Source: Conidiobolus incongruus B7586
Taxonomy: Eukaryota
Length of the DNA: 40,903 nt
Direction: 5' to 3'
Assembly (NCBI GenBank): GCA_000697335.1
Contig: JNEM01006361.1
Location: forward strand, 1 to 40,903
The notes under the pieces were generated by a model that saw only the letters and a program-made list of their open reading frames with translations, was not told where the DNA came from and made no database searches. Position 1 is the stretch's first letter; each line of letters opens with the position of its first letter. The position numbers and the translations under genes are program-made. Below are positions 38,080 through 40,903 of this stretch, piece by piece.

Positions 38080-39652
38080 ATGAAATTAATTTCCACTTTA
38101 TTATTTCCTTTAGCCCTTATTTCAGGTGCCTTTGCTGCTGATGATTCCGAAAACACTACCAAATCTGATACTAAAGTCGAAGTTTTGACTGCTGACACTT
38201 TTGATGATTTTATCAAACCTGAACCCTTAGTCTTAGTCAAATTCTATGCTCCCTGGTGTGGCCACTGTAAAGCCATGGGTAAGTATTCACTATATCAGCC
38301 ACTTAAATTGGCTGCCTCATTTTTGGATCTCATCTAACCAATTAATTTTAGCTCCTGCCTACGACAAAGCTTCTTTGACTTTGGCTGAAAAGAACATTAA
38401 ATTAGCCAAGGTTGACTGTACCGTCGAAACGGAACTTTGTAACAAACACGAAATTCAAGGCTTCCCCACTTTGAAATATTTCCGTAATGGTGAAGGCGCT
38501 GAATATAATGGTGGACGTAGTGAAGAAGAGATCACTTCTTATATGATCCGCAAATCTCTTCCCGCTGTCACCGATGTCACTTCTAAGAACTTTGAAGAAT
38601 TCTCTACCTCCGCTAAAGTTGTCGTTATTGGTTACTTCGATGATAAGGAATCTGAAGAATACAAGACTTTTAACAAGGTTGCTGAAGCTCTTAACGATGA
38701 CTACATCTTTGGTGCCACTGTTGATTCCAAGTTAGCTAAAGATGCTAAGGTCAAGGCTCCCGGTATTGTTGTCTACAAGAAATTCGATGATCCTACTGCT
38801 GAAGTCAAGTACACCGAGTCTATTGATGATCTAAAGAAGGAAATTCGTACCGCTGCCACTCCTCTCATTGATGACATTGGTCCCAATAATTACCCTAACT
38901 ATATTAGCTCTGGATTACCTCTTGCTTATATTTTCGTCGAAACTGAAGAACATCGTGAAAAGTTCGATCCTATTTTCAAGCCTCTCGCCAAGGAACACAA
39001 GGGTAAAATCAATTTTGTCTTTATCAACGCTACCCAATTCGGTAGACAAGCTGAAGTTATCAACTTGAAACAAGAATTCCCTGCCTTTGGTATCCAACAA
39101 CTTACTCCCCCTGCTAAATTCCCCTTCGATCAATCTAAAGACCTCACTGAAAAAGCTCTTACCAAATTCGTTAATGATTACGTTGCTGGAGATCTCCAAC
39201 CCAATATCAAGAGTGAACCTATCCCCGAAGCCAAGGATGGTAATGTTACCGTTTTAGTTGCCGATAACTTCAAAGATGTTGCCTTTGATAAGTCCAAGGA
39301 TGTTTTAGTCGAATTCTACGCTCCCTGGTGTGGACACTGCAAGAGACTTGCCCCCATCTATGATGAACTTGCTGGTCTCTACCCCGAATCTTCCAATATT
39401 CTCATTACCAAGTTTGACGCTATTGCCAATGACATTCCTTATGGAGTTGATCTCGAAATCCAAGGTTTCCCTACCATCAAGCTCTTCAAAGCTGAAACCA
39501 ATGAAGTCGTCGATTTTGAAGAAGACCGTACTGTTGAAGGTTTCGCCAAATTCCTTAAAAAGGAAACCAAATCTGGTTTCGAACCCGAACTCCCCACTTC
39601 TGAAGATGAAGCTGATGACAAGGAAACTGAAGCCGAAGATGAAGAATTATAA
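38080..39652 (+). CDS. PDI1: Protein disulfide isomerase, 1 intron (38279-38351)
   Basis: Signal peptide, two FYAPWCGHCK thioredoxin sites, GFPT motifs and an acidic tail ending EDEEL*. Strong codon bias of a highly expressed gene. Confidence 0.97.
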
Positions 39653-40903
39653 ATTTTTTAATGTATCAAAATAACCAGTATTATTTTTAATAATAGTAAA
39701 TCATAACTACAGCTTTATATCAATTAAACATTAAAATTATGGGTATATGATTTTTTTTCAAACTTATTATCTAGAATACATCAATTGATATTATTTTAAA
39801 TATCAATCACGGTATTTAGTCATCTATTCCTATATCTTCATCCAACACATATTTCTTATTACATTATCAATTTAATAATTTTTTATAGATATCTTGTTTA
39901 TGATAAGAAGCTATTCGATTTTCAACTGATGTACAAAATCTTTTTGCCAATTATCCTTTCATGAAATAACACAAAATTTCAAAATTGTCAGAAACTTGAA
40001 TGATATCAATAACTCAAATTTTATAGCAAGATATGGTTAGTTCAAAAAATTATGTAATCATATTATTGTAAAATTGAAAAGGTTTGAAAGGAATAATTTA
40101 TTATTATAAAATTTTAATTCAATTTTTGCATTGAACCATAAATACATCAAGATAAACACACAGGATATGGAACAACAAAAGTAATTATTGATCAAAATTC
40201 AGTTTACATTTTATTTGATATATTCAACAAAAATATTGAATCCAAAAAATTTTTTCAAATTCCAAAATATTATTAATATCAATATATTAAAATATTTATA
40301 TATAATTAACTATAAATTACAATTGATATAATGTTGAATATTTTTTATTCAAAATTAGATATTAAGAATTTTATGATTACATTCAAATTATTAATATTTA
40401 TATTAGCATGATTTATTAAATTAGTAATTTATATATAGCAAAATTAGTATTATTAATAAATAATAATCAATTGCTTTATAATTTAAATAATGGAAATTTT
40501 TTTCAATTAAAGAAAATAAACAATTTAATATAAAATTAATATTATCTTTTATTAATAACTTTTTGTTATATTTTTAATAAACTTTTAACACTTAAAAAAC
40601 AATTCTTTTTATTAAAGACTATAATTTGATATTTTAAACTAATTAAATTTTCTTGTAGAAATTTTTTTCTTATAAGCTAGTTTTTTAATTGCTTAAAATA
40701 ATTATAATTATATAAGTTTTAATCTAAAAAATATACTAGATATAGTAGTTTTTTCTAATTATTTTTAATTAGAAAACTTTTTATAACTTTAACTCTATAT
40801 ATTTTATAATTTATATAAAAATAATAAGCTTTTTCAAATTATATTAAAAACATTAATTAAAAATGATTTTAATTAAAAAAGATATATGAAATTTATAACT
40901 AAT

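Noticed and set aside
1257..39674. Antisense or overlapping ORFs (e.g. 1257-1544, 1432-1656, 5937-6266, 14273-14500, 19824-20099, 38915-39199, 39330-39674)
   Set aside because: They are shadow frames of real genes, with no recognisable motifs.

Overview
Very AT-rich eukaryotic DNA with short (about 45-75 nt) GT-AG introns. It looks fungal, and the style suggests an early-diverging fungus such as Entomophthoromycotina/Conidiobolus (inference only, not provable here). Recognisable genes are a queuosine-salvage hydrolase (QNG1/DUF2419), EMC3, AIM41/YqeY, a group II-like NDP kinase, an M28/PA-domain peptidase homolog, SAGA Ada1, a 7TM cAMP-receptor-like GPCR, PDI1 and tRNA-Asn(GTT). Also present are a MATE transporter pseudogene, a decayed Ty3/gypsy element and a probable solo LTR. 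Most notable: (i) a same-strand cluster of small intronless secreted-protein genes, one combining a signal peptide with a C-terminal CaaX box and a paralog that lost its C-terminus through a 2-nt slip; (ii) an NDP kinase with a signal-peptide-like first exon and a dead second NDK domain; (iii) a mariner-transposase-derived HTH gene with no catalytic domain; (iv) two Tyr/Pro-rich secreted paralogs flanking the Q-salvage gene; (v) a pseudo-peptidase. All family calls come from motif recognition by eye, with no database searches.
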